DNA of 64,000 bases from Octopus vulgaris (lineage: Eukaryota): positions 1,178,001 through 1,242,000 of the forward strand of contig OX597820.1 of assembly GCA_951406725.2 (NCBI GenBank). The letters are read 5' to 3'. Position 1 is the first letter of the stretch; every line of letters begins with the position of its first letter. The notes under the pieces are model-generated. The model made no database searches, had not been told where the DNA came from, and saw only the letters and a list, made by a program, of their open reading frames with translations. Below, one piece after another: positions 41,666 through 54,149 of the stretch. The position numbers were made by a program, and so were the translations under genes.

Positions 41666-42132
41666 ATGAGAGTATAAGAATGCAAATGAGAGTAAGAAAA
41701 ATAATAATAATAATGATAATAATACTCTGATGATGTGCTATCATCAGAAATGAGAGTAAACTATCTTAAAGAATGTCACAGTAATGAGAGCATATAAAGT
41801 GGAACCATACCATTGTGTGTGCATATATGTATGTATGTATGTGTGTGTGTATTTATGCATGTGTGTGTATATGTATGTGTGTATGTATGTGTGTGTGTAT
41901 GTATGTTTATATATGTAGATAAGTACAAATGGCAGTGATGATAAAAAAAGGTAACCTGGCTGTTAGTGATTATCTCAGGTAGCAACAGAAAACCTGTTGT
42001 GTTTTTGTGTTTTTTGTGTTTTCATGTTGCCAAACATTTGAAACGCTCCCAGAAAGCAGTTAAGAGTGAACCGTGTCAAATCATTCTATCTTAAAACTGA
42101 TTTATACTCGTCATCCAAACACACATTCATTG

Positions 42133-42179
<47 letters not shown>

Positions 42180-42760
42180 TATACATACACACAACCGATT
42201 GCTACGTGACCCACACCCAGGTAACATCTGGTGTCTTATTTATAGTTCTTTGGTACTAGATGTGGAACCTTCACCACCACCACCACCACCACCACCACAA
42301 ATAGATGGCATAGCTGCAAGAACTGACATGAAACAGTGTATGAAGAGTTTGGAAATTTGAGAACTGATATAACGATGTCTTCTTGAGAAACAAAACAAAA
42401 CAAAACAAAAAAAAAAAACAAGTAGTGGTGATGATGATGATGATGATGATGAAGTGGAGAATGCAGAAGAGGAGGGTTTCGAAGAGGTGCAGGATGAGAA
42501 TGGTAAAAGAGGGTTTATAAAGCTTAAGACACATAATTAAGTTGTATTACGAATAAAGTGTAATTATTTGGAAACACGATTTGTTTTGTTATCTCAACAC
42601 AATCAGAAAATGAGAGAAAAGATACTCTTACCACTCACTAATCATGATAAATATATGTATTATTTGAGTGTTACTGTAGTAGTAGTAGTTGTAGTAGTTA
42701 TGGCAATAATAACAGTGATGATGATGATAATAATACCAACAAAATTGTTAGTATTATTAC

Positions 42761-42793
<33 letters not shown>

Positions 42794-42963
42794 CATTATT
42801 ATTATTATTATTATTATCAGTTAGCTGGCAGATTTCACTGAAGTCAGCTTTGCCTCTCATCCTTTAAGGGTCAGTAAAATAAGTATTATTTGAGCACTGG
42901 GGTCAACACAATCAACAAGCCCTCACCCCTAAAATTTCAGGTTTTGTGCCTATAGTAAAAACA

Positions 42964-43013
<50 letters not shown>

Positions 43014-43489
43014 GCGGTGCATAAATATATGAGAATTATTGAAACATCTCTTTACATGTTTGTTTCTTCGACAGCCTTGGGAAGCTGAAAGTTTCTATTA
43101 ATATATTAATATCTGTAGAACCTGCTGCCACTCCACTGCCGTATTACCGTACTACTAACTAAATAACTTATCATCGTGATTAGTAACAATAATAGAATTT
43201 AGATGAACATCACCCCACACACCTGAATACACAACTTACACCACATTTTATGCTCATATTAAATAGTTTTTCATAGATTTTTCCAGATTACCCTAGCCTT
43301 TGTTTTTGGGGGGTTTTTTTCTCTTTCACCGTTTGAAGAACACTTGTATAAAATATGGATTTTATCTATTCCAAGAAAGAAAGAAAACTAGCCAAACAAG
43401 CTGCTTCTTAAACTGCTCTTTGTAGCCCATCTCTTAACAATCTCATTTACACCGAAGCCTTAGTTTTGAGCCCCAAATCTCAAATGGCA

Positions 43490-43856
43490 CTGATGGCATG
43501 AAAGACACGCTGACATAAGAGTAAAATTAGCTCATGGGAGTCCCAACCTTGCAGAAAGGGCCTAATGGTATGAAAGACATGTGGACATGTTAAATACATC
43601 ACAATTTCAGCAGATTGTATTCAGGAATATGTGAATGTCCCAATTTTGCATAGAGAATCTGATGGCATAACATAAAAGACAAATGATCATATGTTAGACA
43701 CATCTCAATTTCAGGAGCACATGTTCAGGAAAAAAGTGAGCATCAGAAACAAAATTAGCTTATAGGAGGCCCAACTTTGCATAAAGAACTCAGGGTGATT
43801 CTTTGAGATTTTTTGGGGGGGAAAAATAGGTGTCTTCTATGCCATCAAATACAGTA
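43490..43856 (+). mobile_element. Tc1/mariner(pogo)-like non-autonomous element, right part with internal subrepeats; relative at about 5170-5830
   Basis: Repeated ctgatggcat..aaagaca units; ends GTGTCTT.TATGCCATCAAATAC(A/G)GTA in both copies. Confidence 0.5.
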
Positions 43857-44673
43857 TCCGCAAAATGACAAATGGATAAGCTAGTTTAATACTAGTTTAA
43901 CACTTCATCTATCTCAGCTAGTACTGTACCAGAAGACTAACTATTTCTCATGGAATACTGATCAGCATTAATAATCTTTCAGAATTTATTCTAGATTCCT
44001 GTATTCCATTCCAAGTTCAACTCCTACGAATGCCATGTATGACTTTTATTCTTCCAGGAATAAATTGATGAAACTGTTAGAGCATTGGATGAGGTGCCAT
44101 GCTACAGTTGCTCCAGTTCTTTGCATCCTGTGTTCAAATCCCATAATGTCCTATTTAGGAGGTAGACTTAATTAGTCACCTGCTTTAACACTTCCACCTT
44201 GTTCTTGGATGCCTTTAACAAAGTTGGTAATTCTATTAAATCCCTCTAAATTTTTGATGATTTTCAATATTAAATAAAATCCATAGACAATGATTTTCTG
44301 AGAAATATGGTTATGAAACAATTAAATGGTTACCTTGACTCAATCCATGATGTAATTCTTTCAGTCAACTCTAAAATATATATCCTGATGCTTCTAAATT
44401 ACATTTTAAATGTAATCAAACTTCCTTTTGCATTTATAAGATTAAAGTATCGAATTGAAATGGTTAAAAGTTGGAGGGCCACTTTGGTATGATAGTATCA
44501 GGACCATCAAGGGTGGCTGTTCATCTATTCCCCATTTAAAAGATGCTTTTCTTTTCAGCCAATGTTTTATAATCTATTATTTATAGCTACTTTTGTATTA
44601 AAGATCCCTTGTAAAAGAGAATTACTTTGGCACTTCTAAATTGCAAAATAATTCTAAATATATTTAAAGAAAT

Positions 44674-44898
44674 TTAACTCTTTAGCATTCAGATTACTCT
44701 GTCAAATAATGCTTATTTATCACAATGTTTTGAACTAATCATGCATTAGCTCATGATTTTCAGATTTTGATGATGGGGTTGCTTATTTTTAGAACAACAT
44801 TTAAGGCTAGGTGTAAGAGGCCAGATCCAGTCAGTTCTAACATAAAACAAGTAGAATATTTGAACCAGAATTGGCTGGTTTAGATGCTAAAGGGTTAA
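44674..44898. mobile_element. piggyBac-like MITE, second family (opposite-orientation copies near 12548-12773 and 33880-34045)
   Basis: TTAA-CTCTTTAGCAT...ATGCTAAAGGG-TTAA. Confidence 0.8.
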
Positions 44899-45022
44899 CT
44901 GAAAGAACTAGTATAATTATAAACAGGTGGTGCCCCAGAATGGCCACAGTCTAATGACTGAAACAGGCAAAAGATAAAAGATATATTTTAAAGTTATTCA
45001 ACTAATGAAACTAGTTCTATGT

Positions 45023-45322
45023 TTAAGAAACGAGGAATTATGTACATTATTTACATTTGATGGATATTTGTCCTCATCTTGTTTGTTGTTAACACGTTTC
45101 GGCTGAAATACCCTCCAGCCTTCTTCAGGTATCTTGGGGAAATTTCAAACCTTGGTTCTCATTCCTAAGGTATTTTTTGATGTTATTATTATAATTATTT
45201 TTATTATTATTATTATTATTCAGGTCGCTGCCCGGAATCGAACTTGTAATCTTGGGGTTTGTAGCCCACACTCTTAACCACTACACCATGCCCGTCAAAT
45301 GTAAATACTGTAAATAATGTAA
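45023..45322 (-). mobile_element. Second copy of the tRNA-headed hammerhead element, with a short inverted tail remnant
   Basis: Near-identical to the left arm at 51270-51531; core CTGAAGA-A-GGCTG..CAGCC-GAAAC at 45091-45133; ccgtcaaatgtaaata after the head is the inverted tail. Confidence 0.8.
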
Positions 45323-45894
45323 TTAAACTAGGTTTGTATTATGCCCCAAGAGGGATGAAAATCAGAGTTGGCACCAACGAGATTTGATATAGGGGTTTTT
45401 ATCTTTCAAAATAGATTTACCTGAAATCTAGGAGAATATTCAGTGCTACGATAATGGAGAGTTAGGTGCAAAGTAATGGAAACCAGTTTGTGATGTGTGA
45501 TTGACTGCAGGTGAATGAGGCAGTTATTAGATGAAACTTAAGTAAGCAGATTCTTTCAAGTACCCCACAGTGGCAGTGTGATGGAGAGAGAGAGAGAGAG
45601 GAGAAAAGTGAGGGAAAGAAGCTAAAGACATCAGGCAAGTATTGAGCAACGATGATACAGAAGACAACAACTGTAATTGATATATTTCAAAGGGAGAGGA
45701 AAAATATGTTTATTTTGGTTCAGAAAAAAAAATGAGAGAGAGAGAAAGAATAAAAGAACAGAAAGAAATACAAACAGAGAAGAAAAAAGGGCATCATATA
45801 CATATTAACACGTGTGTGTGTGTGAGTGCGTATACACACATATATATATATATGTATATATATATGTGTGTGTATGTATATATATATATATATA

Positions 45895-45942
<48 letters not shown>

Positions 45943-47119
45943 CACATATATGTACATATATATGTGTGTGTGTGTGTATGACCAAAATGCTCATTAAAGT
46001 ATTTTTAGGTGTTTTGCTACTTAAAGATGAAAGCTAGTCAAACGTATATAAGAATTATGGGAGTGATGATGAAGATGAGGATATAAGGGATAACGATAGG
46101 GATGATGATGATGATGATGATGATGGTGGTGATGATCATGACTAATAAATAAGGATGATGGTGGTGGTAGTAGTGGTAGTAATAGTGGTGGTGGTGGTGG
46201 TGGTGGTGATAAGCATGACAACACTACCAATAGATAAGATTTATTACGTATCTTCTTAATCTTAAATCATGCAACACAAGGCCAGAGTTCTGAAAATGTT
46301 TCTCCAGAAATGCTATTTGGCTGCAAATATGCAGGGATGCAAATGGCAATTTATGCGAGGCAATGCTCGTTTTCCCCTTAAACTTTTGACCTTCCAAGTT
46401 TGGGTAAAGTATGCAACTATTATTAAAACTAATATTTGGCAACCGTGCTGAACTGCTGCCGGCTACTAGCAGAGAAGTTACCTTTTTTTATCTTTATTTC
46501 TTTGTGTTTGTTTTGTTCTGTTTTTTTTTTTCTTTTTGTTTTGTTCTTTATTTCTTCTATAGTGTTATCCCCTTCCATCTAACCCATGAAATGTTATTCT
46601 GCTTAAGAAGTCTCGGAAGAGATAGAAGATGGCAACATTTTTAAGACTGGAAGGAAGGAAGGAACTGAGAGAGAGAGAGAGGAAATGGGCAGGAAAGGTG
46701 AATTTGTTTGACCCTCCTGCCTGTCTGTTGTCTGTCTGGAGAAGGCAATTACCGAAGCGAGATCACAGGCAAAATATAAGAAATGTGAGTTTCTGACAGC
46801 TTTGCCAAGGTGAAGGTGAACAGCAGCCAATTAAATTTGCTAAATCATATTGGAGAAGTAGAGCTGTCTATAACATTGCCGAACAGACAAATGTGTGATA
46901 TGTATATATTTCAGAGTAGCAGCAGTAACATGAACCAAAGTAACACTACTCAGAGTTTAATAATCTGGCAGTTATTCTATAAAGACGATTAAGACATTTA
47001 CAATATTGATATTTCATTCCGTCTTCATTAAAATAGTTTGTAGCCATTGTACTAACGTTCTGTTGTTGCTGTTGTTGTTACTGAGTTCCAAGTCAACAGA
47101 TTCAACAGATCTTTGCTCA

Positions 47120-47288
47120 AAAGCTTACCAGATGTGGTTATCATATCTTTATTTCTGTCACAGTGCAACTTGGACTACATCATTCAATGTTGCCTTCCTT
47201 CTTTTTTAAAGATAGTAGAATGTGATTTTTGAGAGACATTTGGCAGTTATTTCTGGCAAAATCAGTGACCACATAAAGGCACCCTTGT
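47120..47288 (+). repeat. Old dispersed repeat (copies near 8660-8815, 19070-19170, 34200-34355, 34440-34625, 62440-62615)
   Basis: Shared aagat..tgtgattt..gctatttcta/tgg..accacata(g/a)aggc motif. Confidence 0.55.
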
Positions 47289-47291
47289 AGT

Positions 47292-47330
47292 GCCTGGATA
47301 ACTCAGTCGGTAGAGCAACAGACTTTCATT
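47292..47330 (+). pseudogene. 5' half of tRNA-Lys(UUU), pseudogene fragment
   Basis: GCCTGGATAACTCAGTCGGTAGAGCAACAGACTTT versus metazoan tRNA-Lys(TTT) GCCCGGATAGCTCAGTCGGTAGAGCATCAGACTTT (3 differences in 35 nt); no T arm or 3' acceptor strand. Confidence 0.8.
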
Positions 47331-47754
47331 AAAATAGGCACCATGAGGAGGTTATCTTTACTGCTGTAAACTATTAGTAAAGAGAGCTACTGATGATGAT
47401 GATTATGATAATGCTGCTGATGATGATGATGACAACAATGATGATGCTGATGATGGCTACATAACTCTATACAAACACAAAGCCAATGTTCAGAAAGATG
47501 AGAATAAATTTATGACCCAAAAGCAAAAGAAAAGTCACCTATTTACAAATTTAGATTTAAACATTTGAATTATAAAATATATATTAAAAAATCCCAACAA
47601 AATGGATAAAATTTTGTCTGAATTCCCAGAGATTAGGCTGTGAAGTCATGACTTGTTGCAAGTGGTTCCGTTTCTCTTTGGGTCGATTCTAAATCAATTC
47701 CTCAAGCTACAGAATAAGACGATTCTAGAAAGGTTAACATGTTGGAAACATCTC

Positions 47755-47961
47755 TTTTACCCTTTTACTTGTTTCAGTCATTTAGCTGCGGCCATGCTGG
47801 AGCATGGCCTTTAGTCGAGCAAATCAACCCCAGGACTTATTCTTTGTAAGTACTTATTCTATTGGTCTCTTTTGCTGAACTGCTAAGTTACGGGGACGTA
47901 AACACACCAGCATCAGTTGTCAAGTGATGTTGGGGGGACAAACAGAGATACACAGACATAT

Positions 47962-48011
<50 letters not shown>

Positions 48012-48118
48012 GACGAGCTTCTTTTCAGTTTCCGTCTACCAAATCCACTCACAAAGCTTTGGTCAGCCCAATGCTATAGTAGAAGACACTTGCCCAAGGT
48101 ACCACGCAGTGGGACTGG
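47755..48118 (-). mobile_element. Major octopus-type tRNA SINE, 5'-truncated, abutting a Nin-like SINE
   Basis: Same family as 40185-40566. Confidence 0.85.
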
Positions 48119-48334
48119 GGGGAAGGGGGCTAGTTGATTATATTGACCCCAGTGTGGAATGTTGACTTCGGTGGAATTTGAACTCAGAACATAGCAACAG
48201 ACGAAATACTGCTGAGCATTTCACCTGGCATGCAAATGACTCTGCCACCTCACTGCCTTGTGTGTATATATATATATATCACAGAGATGTACTTGCATAG
48301 CGAGTGACTTGATCTGAGATCGTGTGCTGGAACG

Positions 48335-48617
48335 AAAACAATTGCAGCGTGGAAGATGTTTATAAGCCATTTAAGAAACACACGAAAACCGTTAGATTCA
48401 CTTCAACATTTAAATTTAATTTGTCAAAATATTTTCGTCGCTTTCAGACTGCGACCTGTTCACTGAGATGCAGCAAGAAGTTTTGTCAGTGAAGAGGTCG
48501 CAGTCTGAAAGTGACGAAAATATTTTGGGAAATTAAATTTAAATGTTGAAGTGAATCTGACGGTTTTTGTGTGTTTCTTAAATGGCTAATAAACACCTCC
48601 CACGCTGCAATTGTTTT
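48335..48617. repeat. Long inverted repeat, 132-nt arms and 19-nt loop, between TA runs
   Basis: 48335-48466 is the reverse complement of 48486-48617 with scattered mismatches. Confidence 0.9.
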
Positions 48618-49725
48618 ATATATAGTTTAATGTTTACTTTTATGTTCAATTATAGTAAAAACAAATTTACATTTATTTGAAGGGTTACTTTATAATTTTG
48701 TGGAGTAAAAGGGGTCTTTTACTCTTTTACTCTACAAAACTTTTGGTCATGAATGAGCATGGGATTGCACCCCCAGAAAGTTCCCCTCCAAGGCACAAGG
48801 TTGGACAAGGTTGTTTTATGGAAGACCAGCAGTCGTCCATGCATACCAGCCTCCTGTCTCCACGCCACCAATGTTATCCAAGGCTGATACAGCTTGGTAC
48901 CAGTGATGTTACAACTCATTTCTACAGCTGAGTGAACTGGAGCAACGTGAAATAAAGTGTCTTGCACAAGAACACAACACACAGCCCCATCTGGGAATCA
49001 AACTCACTACCTCATGATTGTGAGCTCAACACTCTAACCACTGAGCCATGGGCCTTCACTTTTATAGAGAATAAATTTATTATTCTTAAAGAAGAATATT
49101 ATAGGCAATGACTTCAAAGTTTCAGTTAGCTCAGTCATCACCAGACTACACACACACACACAAAATGGGCTTCAGTACAGTTTCCATTCACTCATGATGC
49201 ATTGGTCTGTTTGGAGCTATTTGTAGAAGACACTTGCCCAAGGTGCCATGTGGCTTCAAAGCAAGCTTCTTAACCACACAGCCACAGCTGCATCTGTTAG
49301 TCTTTCCTAAATACTTAGCAATCTTCTCATTTCCCTATTTTCACAAGAATGGTGAGAAGGTTTAACATCTGCTTTCTAAGCTGTCATGGGTTGGATGGTT
49401 TGAGAGGAGCTAGCCAGCTGCAGAGCTGCACCAGGCTCCAATTGTCTTGGTTTTTATGGCTGGATCCCCTTCCTAATGCCAACCACTTTACAAAGTGTCC
49501 TGCATCGGTGCTTTGTATATTAAACCAGAAGCCCATACTTTATCATGTTTATATGGATTGATTCATGTTGGCAACAACTACATTTAAGCAAATCAGAGCC
49601 GATAACATTAAGCAGAGGATATAAGAGTATCAGGGAACGTTGATTCTAAGCAGAAAGTTTTAAAGATAACCATTTGCGAAAGAGAAAAACCATACTGAAA
49701 GCAGTAGAGAACAGGAATGGAAAGA

Positions 49726-49888
49726 ACAAGAGAGAGAGAAAGAGAGAGAGAAAAAGAGAGAGAAAGAGAGAGAGACAGAGAGAGAGACAGAGAGAGAGAG
49801 ACAGAGAGAAAGAGAGAGAGACAGAGAGAAACAAAGAGAAAAAGAGAGAGAGAAAGAGAGAGACAGAGAGAGACAGAGAGAGAGAGAA
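49726..49888. repeat. Degenerate (GA)n tract, pyrimidine-rich on the sense strand, just downstream of the 60-aa exon
   Basis: Direct reading. Confidence 0.9.
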
Positions 49889-49942
49889 GTAAAGAGAGAA
49901 AAGGTAGAAAGTAGGTCCACTTTTAAATTTCCGATTCCTTAC

Positions 49943-50122
49943 CCTTTTGCGTCTTTCTTCTGCTTCTCTTTTCTTGCGTTCTTCTTCCTCTTTCTTCTGC
50001 TGTTCTTCTTCTGCCTGTCGTCTTACAGCATTTTCGGCAGCACGTTGTTCTTCTTCGATCTTTCTTTGAGCCTCTTCTGCTTCTCTGCGTTCCCTTTCCT
50101 CGGCTTCCTTCTTTCGGCGTTC
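49943..50122 (-). CDS. TnI: Troponin I-like gene, 60-aa charged helical exon (ERRKKEAEERERREAEEAQRKIEEEQRAAENAVRRQAEEEQQKKEEEERKKREAEERRKR)
   Basis: gcatttag|GAA...AAAAGG|gtaagg; 180 nt, phase 0/0; varied codons, not a simple repeat. Confidence 0.75.
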
Positions 50123-50562
50123 CTAAATGCAATCGACCAGTTTTTGAACCATGAGTAAAGCAGAAACGAAACACACAGAAAATGAACAGAAAACTAATAC
50201 AAAACATTCTATGATCATTCCTAACGCAATCAGGGAGATTCAAACGTGAATATACTAATAATTTCTCTTTTATGTCAAATCTGTTTTCATGACACACCCA
50301 TTAGTGCAAGGGACTCTGAGACAGCTGTTGTTTCAATGTTGTTTAGTCTCATCAGTGACAGACACCTTAGACTAATGAATCTAACAAGTGTTTGAAGCTC
50401 TGGCTTATAATTAATTGTTGTTCAGTAATGGAAAATTGGAAAAGAGAGAGAGAACGATGGAAGCACAATGGGGACTATAGGGAAAGTGAGAGACAGAACT
50501 ACAAGGAGGGAAAGAAGAAGAGAGAAAGAGAGGGGTAGTAAAACCAGAAGAGATAATGGGAA

Positions 50563-50604
<42 letters not shown>

Positions 50605-51269
50605 AAGAGAGAGAGTAAAAACTAGAGTGACAATTAGAACTGAAGAGAGAAAACTAAAGAGAGAGTAAGAACTAAAGAGAGACAATTTGAAAACTAAAGA
50701 GAGATCAGTTTTTTTAATTTCTTCAAATAAAATGAAAGAAGCTATGTAAATCTTGAAGAATAACCATTAACAGATTTCGTAAATGTGTAGATACGAATGA
50801 GTGTGTACATATATATCATCATCATCATCATCATCATCACCATTAAATGTCTGTTTTCCACGCTGGCATGGGTTGGATAGTTTGACAGGAAGTGGCCACC
50901 TGAAGAGCTGCCCAGGTTCCAGTGTCCGTTTTGTCATGGTTTCTACAGCTGGATACCCTTCCTAACGCCAACCACTTTACAGAGTTTCTATAGACACAAG
51001 CACATAGATGCAAAACAAGGTAGTAAAAATAGCACTCAAATACCAAAAAAGTAGAGCAAAATATTATTTAATTAAAGCTGAGAAACCTTATACCATAACT
51101 GTGAAGACCCGGTAAATAAAGTGAGTTCATGTATCCTACACTAGTTTCGCAAAACCAGCCCCAGCCCATTCAAAAGTACCTTGGATCATAGGGCAACCTG
51201 CTATGCTTGAGGAAACCTATTGAGTCAAGTACTTCAACATCAAAATGAAAATCAAATGGAAATTGTACG

Positions 51270-51751
51270 TTATTTACATTTGACAGATATTTGTCCTCAT
51301 CTTGTTTGTTGTTAACACAACGTTTCGACTGATATACCCTCCAGCCTTCATCAGGTGTCTTGGGGTAATTTCAAACCTGGGTTCTCATTCCTAAGGTATT
51401 TTTCTATGTTATCATCATCGTTGTCGTCATCATCATCATCATTATTGTTTATTGTTCAGGTCACTGCTTGGAATCAAGCTTGGAATCTTGGGGTTAGTAG
51501 CCCGTGATCTTAACCACTACGCCGTATGCCCACGGGCATACGGCATAGTGATTAAGATTCCGAGTTCGATTCCAAGCAGTGACCTGAACAATAACAATAA
51601 TAATAATAATAACATCGAAAAATACCTTAGGAATGAGAACCCAGGTTCGAAATTTCCCCAAGACACCTGATAAAGGCTGGAGGGTATATCAGCCAAAACA
51701 TTGTTTTAACAACAAACGAGATGAGGACAAATATCCATCAAATGTAAATAA
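51270..51751. mobile_element. Palindromic head-to-head dimer of a tRNA-headed element with hammerhead-like core (Penelope-associated SINE-like)
   Basis: Arms 51270-51531 and 51534-51751 are reverse complements around a 2-nt loop; A-box CGGCGTAGTGG, B-box GAGTTCGATTCC; CTGATGA..GAAAC core; flanking AAATGGAAATTGTA duplication. Confidence 0.8.
51314..51359 (-). ncRNA. Minimal type I hammerhead ribozyme motif
   Basis: GACAC-CUGAUGA-A-GGCUG(10-nt loop)CAGUC-GAAAC-GUU-GUGUU: stem I GACAC/GUGUU, stem II GGCUG/CAGUC, palindromic ACGU stem III, GUU cleavage triplet. Confidence 0.6.
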
Positions 51752-54149
51752 TGGAAAAAATGGAAATTGTAGTTGTGATCCCCGTACTGGTGGTACATAA
51801 AAAGCACCAACCGATTGTGGCTGTTGCCAGCCTCCTCTGGCCCATGCCAGTGGCACGTAAAAAGCATCCAGTCCACACTATAAAGTGGTTGGCATTTGGA
51901 AGGGCATCCAGCTTTAAAACTCTGCAGAGTGGCTGGTATTAGGAAGAGCTTCCAGCTGTAAGAACCTGGAGTAGTCTTCTGCTTGGCTGGTCAGCTCCTG
52001 TCAAATTGTCCAACCCATGCCTGCATGGAAGGCAGACATTTTCCAATGATGATGATGGTGATTATATATATATAAGTACAAAACCTGGTGTTGTGGCCAA
52101 AAGCTAACTTAAGCATTCATTAAATAGAATTTGGCTAAATAAGTACAAAAGAGAAATGAGCACAAGAGTTGATACAATCGACTGACCCTCACAAGTGGTG
52201 CCCCGGCATGGCCACAGTTCAGTGACTAAAACCAGTAAAACAATATCTGTGTAGCATAATCTTAATCTCAATAAAATCTCGCTTCACAAATTGGAAATGT
52301 AGATTTATTTTTTACTTCTATTTATCCGTCAGCAGCTGTTCTCTCTTCAAACAATCTCTAATACTAAGATAATATTTGTGAAATCCCTGAACAGGAATGC
52401 TTTGTTGATGGGGTCCCCCCCCCCCTGCTCTTATAATATCTGCTCTGCTATCTTTGCCTTCGTTGTTTTATCATTAATATCTTTTTTTTTTTGTTTCTTT
52501 TACACTCCATTTTATCAAAATACTAGAAATAATCAAATGTACCAAGTTTCACCCTAAAATAATGAACCCATTATTTATATATTATCAAGAAGCTATTTTG
52601 GTGTATTGAAAGCTACAGGAACCTGGAATGAATCTTCTGGGTAAAACTAGCTAAAACTGGTGTAAACTAGTGTGAAATTAGTCAATCATGGTAAAGGTAG
52701 TTAAACCATGGTAAAATTAGCCAATCTGGTTTAATCTGGCATGAAACCAGTTGATTGTAATGAAATATAAGTCAACGTCATTAACGCTGCTGTCACCATT
52801 GTCATCCTCATTTAATGTCCATTTTGCATGTTGGTATGGGTTGGACAGTTTGACAAGAGCCGGTAAGGCCAAGGGTTGCATCAGACTCCTTTGTGTGTTT
52901 TGCCAAGGTTTTTTTTTATGACTGGATGCCCTTCCTAATGCCAACCCCTTTACAGAGGGTATGGGTGCTTTTTATGTGACACCAGCATCAAAGTCATCCT
53001 GATGTAAACTGGTACCATCATCATCATCAACAACACCACCACTACCACCACCACCACCACCACCACTACCACCACCACCACCACCACCACCACCACCACC
53101 ATTATCGTCTAGCATTCATTTTCCTTGCTGGCAGTTTGACAGGATCTGGAAAGCCACAGGGCTGTGTCAAGTTACACTATCAGCTTTGGTATGGTTTTTA
53201 CAGCTGGATACCCTTCCTAATGCCAACCATTTTACAAAGTACGTTTATTGTGCTGCCGGTGTGAATAAGATTGCCAAGTACTTTGAAGAACTGGAAGCAA
53301 ACAAGAAAAGGAAAAAGAGAAGCAGCCTCAACTGAGTGGAGGTGCATTGGAGGGAAGGGAAGGTGGCTTTATGCCAGGTGTTGAAGGCTAAAGTATGGTA
53401 GGTGTACAAGCACAGGTATCTTGCTATAGAGGAGATACATAGCTAACCCATATTTTATAAGAGAGGGTGGGAGTTGTTGGGAAGATGAGATGGTGCACCA
53501 GAGCAAAGCCTTCCTCAAGGAGTACAGAGGTGAGCATAAGAGAGAATAAATCTGGTTAATCATGGTATATAATACAGAAGGCATACGGCCACACTGCATT
53601 TTATAAAGGTGGATGGAAGTAGCTGGGAAGAAAATAAAGATGATAGTGAAAGGGTACCAGAGCAAACACCAAAGGTATAAAAAGGTGAGCATAAAAGAGG
53701 ATAAATTTAGGCATTCATGCTATACTAGACTTTATCTTCATTAGTTTAATAGCAACTGAGCCGTGTGAATTAATCCTGTATTCTCACAAGAATAATAACC
53801 ATTCTATCTGAAAGAGTTTCTAACACCAATTTTCAGTGGAACAAACTAAATCCATCTTTTTCATGGATTAATTTCACTTCTCATCAGGAAATTAGTTCAT
53901 CTATCTAGTAAATGAATTCTTGTTTTTCCTGAAGAGCCACAAATCTAGCAAGACAACTAATTCTAGTCCTCAATGCCAAAACGACCTGATGCAGCACTTG
54001 ACCTTGCTAGCTTCTGTCAAACCATCGAATCCATGCCAGCATTGAAAACGGATGTTTAACGATAATGATAATGATGATGATGATGTGTGAAATACTAACT
54101 GGTATATCTATCTCATCAAAACCTGTTGCAGCTATCCTACACAGACTAA

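Noticed and set aside
41387-41744. Poly-His, poly-Thr/Ile and Gly/Asp ORFs
   Set aside because: All frames are open only because of the GGT/GAT microsatellite; no splice support
49674-49914. E/R/K-rich ORFs next to the real charged exon
   Set aside because: Translations of a (GA)n tract on the opposite strand
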